From Eledone cirrhosa (Eukaryota), in assembly GCA_964016885.1 (NCBI GenBank), contig OZ024743.1, positions 187,984,001 through 188,048,000 on the forward strand: a DNA stretch of 64,000 bases. Reading direction: 5' to 3'. The position numbers and the translations under genes were made by a program. Under the pieces are notes generated by a model, which was given only the letters and a program-made list of their open reading frames with translations, had not been told where the DNA came from and made no database searches. Position 1 is the first letter of the stretch. Every line of letters starts with the position of its first letter. This document shows, piece after piece, positions 40,373 to 53,185 of this stretch.

Positions 40373-40468
40373 ACCCCGACGGCTGAGTTCCTGCCGTTTC
40401 GACGCCTAATTCTGGACTAAATGAACATTTTTATCCTGGTATTTGAATAGCCGAGCTTCTCAAGGGGT
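40373..40468 (-). ncRNA. Type I hammerhead-like ribozyme, U3:A8 core variant, long stem II
   Basis: ACCCC-UUGAGAA-[G...C]-GAAA-CGGC-loop-GCCG-UC-GGGGU. Confidence 0.6.
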
Positions 40469-40985
40469 AATTCCATATATGGTAAAAGTGATTGTCACAA
40501 GGATTGTTCAAAAGTTTGTTGTTGAGACATAATAATCTATCATGGCAATTTGTGAAGGGAAGGGGTAGCTGAACGTGCTAGTAGGAGAAAGAGGGAGAGG
40601 GGGTGGAGGAGACCCAGTCATACGTTGATAGTGCCGACTACAGCTGGGCATGAGGTCAAAGAAGATACTAGGGAAGGGGACGGGGAGGAAGTCGAAACAA
40701 TAAGTAAAACAATATGGGGTAAATATATAGAAAAATACCGAGAGTGTTAAAACCATGGGCTAATCATTTCTGTCACCAACCTACTTGGCGAAACAGATAT
40801 TTTTGGATTTTTACGTGTGTGTTAGATAGTTATCGAGGTATGTATTTACACTTTAATTTATACTTTTAATTATTGTATGTGTACTATGCCTTCCATGTGC
40901 TATAGACTCCATACACTGGTGGTTTTTCCCTGTTTGACTGATGGCGCACTATCTCTCTCTGGTGTGTTATATTCTCTACATATTG

Positions 40986-41022
<37 letters not shown>

Positions 41023-41330
41023 TAAACTGGTCCTTCATCAGTGATCTTCCAACCATCACCGGTATTTCTTCGCTTTAAAGACCATATACCATATACCTCC
41101 GGTCGGTGCGAGCAACGGCTAAAGAAAGTCGTTGGGACACGTAAATAAAGGGAACAGCGAGAGTGTAAACAAACAAATATGGTGAATCAACGAAAAGTAA
41201 GGAAGAACGAGTCAAGTCCCAAATTTCCATGAATATAATTTCGGTGAAATACATATAACAAAACAAATAGCAAAGTATATGGAAGACATATCAGTTTAAT
41301 GTTTGAAATAGCAAAATAGCAGAAAGAGAG

Positions 41331-41366
41331 TCTTAACATTTCGGACATTAGTCCTTCATCAGAAGA
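41331..41366 (-). ncRNA. Minimal type I hammerhead ribozyme
   Basis: UCUU-CUGAUGA-A-GGAC-UAAU-GUCC-GAAA-UG-UU-AAGA. Confidence 0.75.
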
Positions 41367-41499
41367 TAGCATTAAAAATAGAAGATAAATAGAAAGTAAA
41401 GAGTAATGAAAGGAAGAAATGGGGAAATTGAGAATAATATTTTGGAAAAAACACTTATGTGCATATTCAGTCAGTTATCTTGGAGAGATATATACACAC

Positions 41500-41680
<181 letters not shown>

Positions 41681-42285
41681 AGTAGGAGAGAGAGAAAAAG
41701 TGAGATAAAAGAGGAGCAAGAGAAACATTTGCAGGCTAACTAATAGTTGACAGTTGGGTAGTGATTCGGAATATTATTTTTCATCTTCCATAATTTATTA
41801 TTTGCAACAAAAGTTAAGAAGATGTAATACCACAATTTCCTAACTTCCAACTTGCAATGGGTTCCAAATCTAAAGGGAAATTCTTTATAAGTATAAGAAA
41901 AAGAAACATTTCCATTTTCTCTGTTTACGCATTTATTTTAATTCATTTCATATTTTTATTTCTATTTTCTTTTGAAGAATAAAAAAAATATAAATCAATA
42001 TTATTCTTAGTAAAGGAAGCAGTGTTAATGAAATATATTGTGAGAGAAAGAGAGGACAGGAGAGGGGAAAACAGTAAGAGAAGATAAAGGAATAGGAATG
42101 TGTAGTTATAGAAAGTGTTAATAATATTGGAGAAGTTTTATGTGTGCAAGTACACACACACACATACCAGCACACACACACACACACACACATACACACA
42201 CACATACATATATATTATATATATATACACATATATATTTATATGCATGCGATTCATAACCGCATTTATATATATATACATATGC

Positions 42286-42416
<131 letters not shown>

Positions 42417-42417
42417 A

Positions 42418-44952
42418 GGCACTAAAAATAGACTGGAAATAAAGTACAAAACTAGGAGGAAAAAGCTAAATATTATCATAGAGGAACTGAAGCAGCGCAT
42501 TGTCGCAAAGAGTGCAAAAATCAGGCGATACGAGAACAGAGTCAGTCAGTATAAACAGAACCGCATGTTCGACAACAACCAGAAGATGCTGTTTGGACAG
42601 CTTGAGGGGAAAGAAAGAGGCAACGACTTGATCCCTGGGGCGGAGCAAACTAAAACATTCTGGAGAGGAATATGGGAGCAGGATGTTAGACATAATGTCC
42701 AGGCAGGGTGGATTGAGACAGTACAGAGGGAGATCGGTGAGCAGGCACACCAACAAACTGATTTGAGTATCACAGTTGAAACTCTTAAGGGACAGGCCAA
42801 AAAACTAACCAACTGGAAATCACCAGGCCCAGATGGTGTGCAGGGGTATTGGATTAAAAATTTAACATCCCTCCACCCGAAGCTGACGGCCATGTTCAAT
42901 GACTGCTTGGTGTCGGGTGAGGTGCCAGAGTGGTTGACAAAAGGTACCACAGTTCTGATAATGAAAGACCGAATCAAGGGTAATGATGTTACCAACTATA
43001 GACCTATCACATGTCTGTCCGTAGTGTGGAAACTGTTGACGAGCATTGTGTCTGAGGAAATCTACCATCACCTCCACACAAACAACTTGTTACCGGACGA
43101 ACAGAAAGGATGCCGAAAGAAGTCCCGTGGTACAAAGGACCAGTTGCTTATTGATAAGATGGTAATGGGGAATTGCAGGAGGAGACACACTGATCTTGCC
43201 ATGGGATGGATAGACTACGGAAGGGCATTTGACATGGTGCCTCATTCTTGGATCACCAAAAGCCTGGAGATCTTCAGGGTGGCAGATAACATCAGACAGT
43301 TGCTGGGCAGGAGTATGGGGTCCTGGGAGACAGAGTTGACATCAACTGGAGTATCCTTGGGAAGCGTGAAGATCAAGAGAGGTATCTTCCAGGGAGATAG
43401 CCTGTCCCCTCTGTTGTTTGTCCTTGCCCTGATGCCCTTGACCATTATGCTGCGAAAAGTGAGAGCAGGATACAAGTTGGGAAAGGGAGAGCTTACCATC
43501 AATCACCTCCTCTTCATGGACGATCTTAAGCTCTTCGGGAAAAGTGAGAAGGAGTTGGATGTGCTTGTTGACACTGTCCGTATTTTCAGCAGTGATATAT
43601 GTATGCAGTTTGGTATTAGTAAATGTGGAGTCATTGTGATGAAGAGGGGTAGGTTGAGCAGAAGTAACGGGATCCAGATACCAACAGGTGAGATGATAAA
43701 GGAAATTGACTCTGAGGAAGGATACAAGTATTTGGGCGTTCTGGAGGCTGATGGCATAAAGAACAAAAAAATGAAGGAATTGTTAAGAACTGAATACATT
43801 CGGAGAGTAAGGAGCGTATTGAAGTCACATCTGAACAGCAGAAATGCCATAAGCGCAGTAAATTCCCGAGCTGTGTCTATTATTAGGTACAGTGCGGGAA
43901 TTCTGAGATGGAATGTTGCTGAACAAAAAGAAATGGATAGGAAGACTAGGAAGCTATTGACTATCTACAACATGTTCCACAAGAGGAGTGATGTCGATAG
44001 ACTCTACCTAAGGAGATCTGAGGGTGGAAGAGGTTTTATCAGCATAGAGGACTGTGTTCAGATGGAGAAAAACAACCTATACAAATACGTGACCTATAGT
44101 AAGGAGCCAATGCTCAGAACTGTACTGAAGGAGGGGACAGTAGGCCAGGGGATGTCCAAGGAGGAAATAACATCAAGGAGGAAGAGCAGCCTTAAGGGAA
44201 AATCCCTTCATAGTACCTTCTTTGAGAAAACTGAATTTAGAGATCCACAGACATGGAACTGGTTGAGAAGAGGAGACCTCAAAAAGGCTACAGAAGGAAT
44301 ACTAATGGCTGCGCAGGAGCAGGCCCTCAAAACGAAGTGGTTGAAGCACCATATTTACAAGGAGGAGGCTAGCCCAATGTGCAGGATCTGTGGAGAGAGA
44401 GAGGAGACTGTGGCTCACATTGTGTCCGAGTGTAAACACCTAGCCCAGACCCACTATAAGGGCTGGAGACACGGTGTGATGGGCAGGGTGATCCACTGGC
44501 ACCTGTGCAAAGTAAACAATTTACCACACTCTGAGAAATGGTATGAGCATAGGCCAGAGGCGGTGATGGAGAACAATCAGGTGAAGGTGCTGTGGGATTT
44601 TAGGATACAGACGGACAAAAAACTGGAACACAATAGATCTGACCTGGTGGTTGTGGACAAAGAAAAAAGATCGTGTCTGATTGTGGATGTGGCCTGCCCT
44701 TTCGACACGAGAGTGCAAGAGAAGGAGAGGGAGAAAATTAACCGATACCAGGACCTAAAGTGGGAGGTGAAAAGGATTTGGAACTGCTATGAAGTCAAAG
44801 TGATCTCGATTGTCATAGGCGCACTGGGGACTATCTCCAAAAGTTTCCAGGGATGGTTAAAGAAAATCGGCCCCGTCACGCTTTTTGGAACGCTTCAAAA
44901 GGCATGCTTGCTTGGAACAGCAAGAACCCTCCGATACGTCCTGAATATCTGA
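42418..44952 (+). CDS. Uninterrupted RT + CCHC + RLE reading frame (844 aa, no native start)
   Basis: [36 protein letters not shown]....C, DVACP, KINRY; the extension to 42115 is only microsatellite. Confidence 0.8.
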   Translation, partial: GTKNRLEIKYKTRRKKLNIIIEELKQRIVAKSAKIRRYENRVSQYKQNRMFDNNQKMLFGQLEGKERGNDLIPGAEQTKTFWRGIWEQDVRHNVQAGWIETVQREIGEQAHQQTDLSITVETLKGQAKKLTNWKSPGPDGVQGYWIKNLTSLHPKLTAMFNDCLVSGEVPEWLTKGTTVLIMKDRIKGNDVTNYRPITCLSVVWKLLTSIVSEEIYHHLHTNNLLPDEQKGCRKKSRGTKDQLLIDKMVMGNCRRRHTDLAMGWIDYGRAFDMVPHSWITKSLEIFRVADNIRQLLGRSMGSWETELTSTGVSLGSVKIKRGIFQGDSLSPLLFVLALMPLTIMLRKVRAGYKLGKGELTINHLLFMDDLKLFGKSEKELDVLVDTVRIFSSDICMQFGISKCGVIVMKRGRLSRSNGIQIPTGEMIKEIDSEEGYKYLGVLEADGIKNKKMKELLRTEYIRRVRSVLKSHLNSRNAISAVNSRAVSIIRYSAGILRWNVAEQKEMDRKTRKLLTIYNMFHKRSDVDRLYLRRSEGGRGFISIEDCVQMEKNNLYKYVTYSKEPMLRTVLKEGTVGQGMSKEEITSRRKSSLKGKSLHSTFFEKTEFRDPQTWNWLRRGDLKKATEGILMAAQEQALKTKWLKHHIYKEEASPMCRICGEREETVAHIVSECKHLAQTHYKGWRHGVMGRVIHWHLCKVNNLPHSEKWYEHRPEAVMENNQVKVLWDFRIQTDKKLEHNRSDLVVVDKEKRSCLIVDVACPFDTRVQEKEREKINRYQDLKWEVKRIWNCYEVKVISIVIGALGTISKSFQGWLKKIGPVTLFGTLQKACLLGTARTLRYVLNI

Positions 44953-45026
44953 GGCTGCAAGTAGTGGCTTGATATTCATTCCAACGGACTTTCCAGTTAA
45001 CCAACATCAATGACTGAGATTCAAGG
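42418..45026 (+). mobile_element. R4/Dong-like family B, 5'-truncated, best-preserved copy
   Basis: (TA)n(TAA)n at 5' side, (TAA)n 45027-45062 at 3' side; colinear with 14530-17119. Confidence 0.92.
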
Positions 45027-45073
45027 AATAACAATAATAATAATAATAATAATAATAATAATTGTATAATAAT

Positions 45074-46980
45074 GATTTCTTTATTAACCACAAGGGTTTA
45101 CACAAAGTAGACATTAAGGACAGTACAGGACAATACGGGACGGTACAAATGGGCATTTCTGCGTGTAAAAAACAAAAACACAGAAGATGTAATAATAGAA
45201 CAATGAAAAAATTCCCCAATTGGGTGGAAGACTTCCGTGGGCCATCGTGGAGAAAGCCCATTAAAAAAGCCACGGTGACCCTCACCACCAGGGCAATTAT
45301 CCTCTCCCAGTTTTCCACCTTCAATTTACAGGCATATACTCAGAATAGGTCCATTCACTCGGGCAATTCTTGCCTCTCTCACCCATCTTTCAACAAAAAG
45401 CTGGGATGAGAGCACCTCCCACTCTACCCTGATTTTCCTTTTCAAATGAAATTGGAAAAAGTTAATCAGAGCATCACTGAAGAGGTAAGTGCTCGTCTTC
45501 AGCCCTTTCAGACGTGTCCACCATACTATCTCTTTCGCCATGGCCACCAGACAGATAAACATTTCCTGCCCTTCCCGGCTAAAGGAAGTGGGCGCGCAAT
45601 CCTCGCGATGGACTCAGCTGATAGTCGGATCCGTTCTACACGCGACAGCAGGTGTTCGACATAAACCCACAAGTCAGAAATGCTCGGACACTGGACGAGT
45701 GCATGCAGGACGGTTTCGTCGCCTTGCACGCAGCTCGGACATGCCCGGCTGACGGCACCTCCATGCCTGTAGAGTTTATCCCGAACTGGCAAAGCTCCTC
45801 GGTAGAACTGCCAGGCCAGAGATTTCTGGAAGTTGTCCATAGTCCCCCGGCCCGAAAGTTCTTCCAAAGAGATTGGCTAGTTGATTTTCGTCGACGCCTA
45901 GAGTTTCCCTATGTACGTCGTCGCTCTTCCCCTCCACTAATCCTCTATAGAACGCCAAGGTGGAGTTTCCACCGATCACATTGCCCGATTGGTCGAGGGC
46001 TGTGAGCGCCTGAAGACATTCCAGTCTCCAAGCGCTCCCTCTCGGTCTTCGCTTGACCCAGGACTGCAGCTCCGTCAAGGAGATGAGCTGGGGAAAGACG
46101 CGCCTAACAAACGACGACTACACCTGATCACCGTCGAGGAAGAGGTGGAGATGTCGTAGCCTGAGCGCATGGCTCCACATCATTAGCCACGGCATACCCA
46201 GCCCTCAACGTAGCGGGTGTTGACAGCAGATGGACCGCCTGACCATCGGAGCGCGTCCCTTCCACAAAAAGCGAAAGAGCAAACGCTCTAGCGAAGTCAG
46301 GCAAGGCTTAGGACAAGGCACGACGGTCAGGCGGTAGTAGATGACGGACGCGATGTACGCGTTAGCCACCTCCGCTCGACCTTTCAGGGATAGCTTCCTC
46401 CCCGCCCATTTCTGGGTGAGAGAAGCCATCCTGCTCGTCACCTCGTCCCAATTTTTGTCCGTCTGGAGGTCCGGACCGAACCAGACCCCTAACAATTTAA
46501 CTGGTCCGACCGTCCAGCGCCCGCCGACGTCGTTGGACGGCATGGACCTGCCTCTCCAGGTGCCGAGCTGCAGGCCCACCGACTTTTCCTGGTTGATAAT
46601 TGCTCCTGTCACCGCTTCGCATTCTCTTAGTGTAGTGCCGATCGCCTCGATGCGTTTGGCGTTCGACACCATTACGGTGACATCGTCCGCATATGCTGAC
46701 ATGGATCTTCCGGATCCTAGTTCGCGCGGGACGCCCCTCAACGTCTCCAGTTTGTGAAGTAATGGCTCGAGAGCCAATCCGTACAAGAGGGACGAGAGGG
46801 GACATCCTTGGCGGACCGAGCGCATGATGTTGAACGGTTCCGAAAGGTGACAGTTCACTCTCACCACAGAGCAGATGTCGCTGTGCATGGCAGCGATCCA
46901 GCCTCAGAAGACGGGCCCAAAGCCAGCCGCCCTCAGGACTGCCGCCAGATAACGATGGTCGACCCTATCGAAAGCTTTCG
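45074..46980 (-). mobile_element. Tx1-like element, 5'-truncated, same subfamily as 3246-9125
   Basis: Colinear with 3246-5148; RQGCPLS, YADD. Confidence 0.9.
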
Positions 46981-47451
46981 TTATTAACCACAAGGGTTTA
47001 CACAAAGTAGACATTAAGGACAGTACAGGAGAATACAAGACGGTACAAATGGTCATTTCTGCGTGTAAAAAACAAAAAAAAACAGAGGATATAACAAAAA
47101 AAGAACGATGAAAAATTCCCCAATAGGAGGGAGACTTCTGAGGGCCATCGTGGAGAAAGCCCATAACAAAAGGCACGGTGACCCTCACCACCAGGGCAAG
47201 TGCCCTCTCCCAGTTTTCCACCTTCAACTTACAGGCATATACTCAGGCCATTCTTGCCTCTCTCACCCATTTTTCAATAAAATGCTGGGAAGAGAGCACT
47301 TCTCTCTCTACCCTGATTTTCCTTTTCAAATGAAATTGTAAAAAGTTAATCAGGGGTCACCGAATATGTAAGTCCTCGTCTTCAGCCCTTTCAGACGTGT
47401 CCACCATACTATCTCTTTCGCCATGGCATAGCTCCTCGGTAGCACTGCCAG
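46981..47451 (-). mobile_element. Second Tx1-like 3' end with internal deletions
   Basis: Restarts at TTATTAACCACAAGGG; ends at (TAA)n 47452-47467. Confidence 0.85.
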
Positions 47452-47710
47452 ATAATAATAATAATAAACAAGAAAGACAGTTTCGTTCGTACATCCTTAT
47501 TTATTTTGTTATACATAATTCAAAGATCTAAGGCAGTTGTATAACAATTACCCTATGTGTTCTCTTCAGACAAAAATCCAAATGAGATGAAAAGTTCCAT
47601 TGATATGTTACCAGTCAAAAGTGTCATTCACTTCGCCTACCAGTAAGCATATGATGGTAAATGAAATAAAACTAAACAAAGTAAAGTAATGTTTTACTCA
47701 TTGTATTATG

Positions 47711-47747
47711 GCATGATATTTCAGGTCTATACTCTCTTTTCAGATGC
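47711..47747 (-). ncRNA. Degenerate minimal hammerhead-like motif
   Basis: GCAU-CUGAAAA-...-GAAA-UA-UC-AUGC; G8 lost and stem II poor. Confidence 0.35.
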
Positions 47748-47879
47748 GAAGCTGAAACAGTCCTAGATAAAACAAACAAACTATTTGACCTTCATTCCGC
47801 AACTGGTTCTATGTGTTGGAAATGTGCATACATATTTCCTGACGTGAAACTCTTCGCTCTTCGCTGAATAAGAGTTGAT

Positions 47880-48720
47880 GTGGAAACCTTGACTCTTCCA
47901 TTTTTGCTACATTTCCTGACCATCAAAGACAGTGTTTCATGATCAGAAATCCAATGCTTTGACTATTGGCTCTTTCCAGGACTGTGTAGGTCACATGGTG
48001 TTCTCATTTGATGTTCAAAATTGATGAAAGATTTTGCTGGTGAAAGCGTTCAAATTTTTGAATGTCCAGATTTTGCAGCCACACAGAAATATTGAAATGG
48101 CAAACGCATTAGAGACCATAATTCTTGTTACAGTCAGATCATTGTTGTTGAAGATCCATTTGATTAGCTTTCCAAACGCCTTGTGTGAAGCTCCAAATTT
48201 GTGTACCACATCCTTCTTTCTGGTATACTTTTTTTTATTAAAGTTTACCTAGATATAGAAAATGCTCTACTTTTTGGGGAAGTGTATCTGAGATGGTAAT
48301 AGCAAAGTCTGGTAAGATGGTATTTGGGACTGGCTGTATAAGAATCGTGTTTACTGTAAGACCAAAACGATGGTAGGCCATAGCAAATTTGTTCCCAGAC
48401 TGGTTCAGTTCTTCTTTTGAATGATAGAAGGCAGTGTTGACAACATATTGAAGTTCTGAGATGTGTTATGTGTGTGATAGACATTTAGATCAAAGTCTAC
48501 TAGGGTTGAAAACTCCTCCATCATATCGATAACTAATGTCGACTTCTGGATTCTCTGGAGGAATTACGTGAAGCATTGCAACTAAATTCAAGGAGAATAG
48601 CACAGGTGCCATGACGCATCCTTGTTTTAGTCTGCGCATGATTGGAAATTCTTCTGACAGCAGGTGTTGATGGAATACACGTCCAAACATGCATTGCTTG
48701 AACCAGTAACTGTATCCTCA
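47880..48720 (-). mobile_element. Decayed RTE/BovB-like remnant
   Basis: KQGCVMAPVLFSL, ISYRYDGGVFNPSRL, ASHKAFGKL, FLCGCKIWT. Confidence 0.7.
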
Positions 48721-48782
48721 TCTCTGTGAGATTTAATAATTTGGGATCAATATATATACATATGTACATTGATTATCGATTA

Positions 48783-48880
<98 letters not shown>

Positions 48881-49879
48881 GGGATAACAAGTTATCGTTT
48901 TAGGTAATCCAGTTAGAGGTTGTGAGTACTCTGTACTATGGATAGTTTTAACGTAGCTGTTGTTTGACTCAACAAGAGGTTTCCTTAGTTAGGTAGCGAG
49001 TTTGCGAGAATTCGAATGCAGGTCATTCTTGGAGTAATAGTAGTGAAAGAGTGAAGAATAACATGGTCAGCTGTACAAAAAAGGGTTTATTTAAAGTATA
49101 AACAATTGTTTCATTAATCAGGTGAGTCTAAAGGCCGCTAATCACTTGAAGTTGGGTCAATCGATCTTAAATACAGTGTGTGTGTCTCTGATCACATCAT
49201 CGGAATACTGGAGGGTGTAACACATAGCATTGGTATTTATAGATACATTGGAGAATCAAGTGAATGAAAACAATATCGTCAATAATAAAAGATAATAATA
49301 AAGTAGTAAAAATGAAAATGATAAAGATGTAAAAAATAAGTAAAAAATAAGTACAAAATACGATTGCTGATAATAGTAGTAGTGGTGGTGGTAGTTGAAG
49401 TTATAATGACGGTAAAGATAACAATAACATGAAAAGAAATACAAAATACATATGTAGTATAAATTGGTGAAATAAAAATGTAAGAGCTACAATAAAATCT
49501 CAGAGGATTAAAATTAAAAAAATAATAAAAAAATAACTAGTAAGAGAGAAAGAAATAAGGGACAGGAGACAGAGACTGAGGATAAAAATTCGAGGATGAG
49601 ACATAAGGGGTAGGATTAAGGATGAGGAAGGAGTAAATAGATAGATAGAGAATAAAAAGTGAAAGGGGTAATGGTGATATATGGGTGATTAAGGTCTGGC
49701 ATGCTGATTGTTTTATCTTAACGGAGGTGATGCAGTTATAGAAATGTTGGGAGATTCATGATTTTGATTTAATTATTGGTTGGTCGGTTGACAGCTAATA
49801 ACAGTGGAGCGGTGTGAAGCTAGTACATTAAAACCCGGGTGGTTCTGCTTGAATTCCGAGATTGCAGGATCGAATCATG

Positions 49880-50610
49880 CCGGTTGTGGTTTGATGTTAG
49901 AGAACTTGGTGGCTGCTTTGTGCCTACAGAAAACTGATCATTCTATTTTGTTGTTAAGCAGCATTTTATCATACTTTAAAATATGGAGCAGCTCCATATT
50001 GCAAAGTCCACAGTGGGACATTCCAATTTTGTAGGCCCTTGCACTCGGTAACTTCAACCAGCTGATCTCATATTCCTGGTTGATATCCTTAAGCTGCCAG
50101 ATCTTATTGGCCAGCGTCGTTGAATGCCTATGCACATACCATCTTTTTTTCGAAATCCCCACCTATGTAGTGCCATAAGTTGCCTGTTTTGATAGTACAC
50201 AAGTACACTATACTTGATTCCAGGTATCTATTTTGTAGTGGGCATATATCCGGCAGGTGGCAGTTGCATTTGGAGACCTTCCCTTGTACAGGTTCTCTGT
50301 TGTGGTTTTGTATGTTGTTAGGGATGGGCTGTGATTTAGGTTTATTGATGTTTTGTTGCTGACATGTGTGTGGTTGCGATGTTGTGTTTTCGTTTTGTAT
50401 TTGGTGCTATGGTGTATGTTGGTAGATTACTTTCCTTAGAGATTCTTTTATAGTTGATTTTATGTATGTGTGATTCTATGTTGGCTGCAGTAGAGTAAGA
50501 GAGTTTGATAGTTTTTCTGTTTAATATTTTATGGTATTTGTGTAGTTTAGCTACACAAAATTTGGCTGGAGAAATTTTGAGCAAGAAAGATGGAAAAAAA
50601 CTTACTCCAA
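49880..50610 (-). mobile_element. Decayed Naiad-type GIY-YIG remnant, second family
   Basis: KYHKILNRKTIKLSYST, CNC...CPL, IVY, TLANKIWQLK, CGLCNME, LN...E...CRH. Confidence 0.8.
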
Positions 50611-50696
50611 CATTTAATTTTAATTTTAGTTTTTAACTCCTATTAATTCTTATTAATTTTTTATTTCAATACTCAACATTTGATAAGATGAATTTT

Positions 50697-50845
50697 AATA
50701 ATTGTTTCTACTTTTGGCACAAGGCCAGTAATTATCCCAGTGTATTACTGGTACTTTATTTTATCGACTCCGTAAGGATGAAAGGCAAAGTTAACCTCGG
50801 CGGGATTTGAACTCAGATGATAAAGGGCCGTAATTCTATGCGGCA
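50697..50845 (-). mobile_element. SINE copy, 5'-truncated
   Basis: Matches the 20598 SINE; TAATAA on both sides. Confidence 0.8.
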
Positions 50846-51099
50846 ATTTTAATAATACATCAAAACCAGTAATGCTTTATATACTTTATATACATTATAA
50901 AACTTTTTTTAAAAAGAATTGTCCCTCTCATTTTTTCAATAATGTCATTTATTCAATAATGTCATCTTTTCAATAGTGTCACTTTGACGAATCAATGAAA
51001 GGATAAAAAAAGAAAAATAGACCCTTAAATATATTTTCCGTGCTATTTCCAACTTCACCTTTTCTCTTTTCTCTCTCTCTCTCTATATATATATATATA

Positions 51100-51780
51100 C
51101 GAGATGCACTTTTACTTTATACCAGGTATAGGTACCAGATATGCTTTCATCCTTGTGTGAGAAGCACCTAGCTAAGAATAAGCCTTTCTACCTAGCATTT
51201 GATGATCCGGAAAAAGTTTTTGACGGATTTCCCCACGCCAAACTCTGGTGAGCTCTTTGGAGACTAAGGTCAGAGGAATGGCTAATAAGGGTGGTAAGAG
51301 CCATGTACGGAGGTGCCATCATTAAGTTTAGATCCAACAATGAATATAGTAATGAATTTAATGTGCAAATGGAGGTCTACCAGGGCTCTTTCCTTTGCCT
51401 CCTCCTGTTTATTATTTTCCTTCGGGCTATTACAGAGGAGTTTAAAACTGGCTGCCCGTGTGATTTCTTATATGGTGATGATATATTTCTCTTAGCTGAA
51501 ACTGCACCAGAACTAGAAGCAAAACCTGTAATCAAAAGGTTGCAGGTTCAACCTTGTAAAAGAAAAAGTCCTAATAAGAAGAAAGGAAAAAATGCCCTGA
51601 TTCCGTCAGGGAAGGCTTTGCTCAGAATACAGGAGAGTAGTAGGCAGAAATTTCATCTTTTATACAAAACGTAAGCTTTGGGTACAGAAAAGCTGTAGTG
51701 TGATTGCAGGCAGGCTAGTAAAAATGCTGACTTTTTATTTAGCCAGCACACAAGAGCAGTAAGCAACAAGAGCACACATG
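51100..51780 (+). mobile_element. Decayed RTE fragment related to 27938-30610
   Basis: KPFYLAFDDPEK, VRAMY, QGSFL, EEFKTGCP..LYGDD, ALIPSGK. Confidence 0.75.
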
Positions 51781-53044
51781 AAACAGGCACTGATAAAAAA
51801 TTGCCTACATATATTTCATGACTAATTGGCCTTGCATCTGTAAAGAATTGACCTTCTAAACTATATCATTTAAATAATTGTAAGGATGACTCCATTTGAG
51901 ATACTTTTAGTTATAGGTCAGTTTTATGAAGGTAGTGGAGAGGTAAAATCATTTGAGCTTCAGACAAAGTGCCCAGTGGAATTAAGTTATGACTCTTTAC
52001 TTTCTGGGTTTGAATCAACTTTGCTGATCCCCCTTCTTAGGTGATCATGTCCATAGTCCGTTAAACATTCTTGACATGGATATAACGAAATGGAAAGGAA
52101 AAAATAAGAACATTTAACTTTTTAATATTCCTTGTCTGGTACCTATTGACTCAGCACTCTCTGCTTTGATGGGTACCAGGAACAATACAACATTGATATA
52201 CTATTCCATTTATGGAATCATTGCATTAAATTAAATGCAAATAAGGTTTGGGGGCTTTTTTTAAAATGGCTGATTTAATCACCAGAGAATGTGAAAACTA
52301 ATTTCCTGAGGATTAAAGAATTAAACACCAACATCAATTACAACAACAAAAAGAGTAATAGCAATAATCAATATAATGAAAACAACATTGGCAATTGAAA
52401 CAGCAAATACATCAACAACAATAATTAAGAGGCAAAGCAGCAGCAGTAGCAACTATAACTACAATATGAAAATCAAGTGAAGCAACAGTAGTAGTATCAT
52501 CATTAACAACCATATTAGCAATACCAACAGGAATAACATCAACTACATCTGCTTCAACATATAAAAATAAAAATACAGCAATGAAAAAGCCTTTATAAAG
52601 TTGTTCATCTGCTAAAAATAACACCCAAATTTCCTACAAGTCACACTGTAACATCTCACAAAACCAAGGTACAATAGCTAATGTAATGTTAGAGGCTTGA
52701 ACATAAAATTGAGATGATCCTGGTCTATTCATTGAAATTGCAAATAGGACTAAACAGTAACAGCAAGAACAAAACAAGCAGCAGTAGTACTAGTGATTTC
52801 TTGACAATGGAAGAATGCCATTAATATGGATTAAATTGACCCAGGTAATTAACTGGATCATTATTTCAGAAACACTTGAGGGATGAAAAGCAAACTTGAA
52901 TAAATAACAGCAGCTGGTACAATAGAAATGATAGCCATGTCACTAGAAACGTAAGTATCACCTATGACAACAATAACAATACCAGATGTATAAGAAACAA
53001 TGAAAAATAAACATATGTGGTCACTATAAATTATATGTATATAC

Positions 53045-53185
<141 letters not shown>

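Noticed and set aside
46205-46888. A-to-G editing signature in this Tx1 copy (Y to C, T to A, H to R)
   Set aside because: Only a few changes mixed with other substitution types; insufficient by eye.
45007-47227. Recurrent small ORF MKVENWER in the Tx1 3' UTR as an ORF3
   Set aside because: No ATG start, frame not maintained across copies, and it runs into the tail.
49938-49940. In-frame TGA in the second Naiad remnant as Sec
   Set aside because: It lies at a non-Cys position in a copy with many other lesions.
52320-52990. Low-complexity (CAA/CAG/TAA) stretch with short minus-strand ORFs
   Set aside because: Decayed trinucleotide repeats explain the open frames; no support beyond a short protein-like patch.
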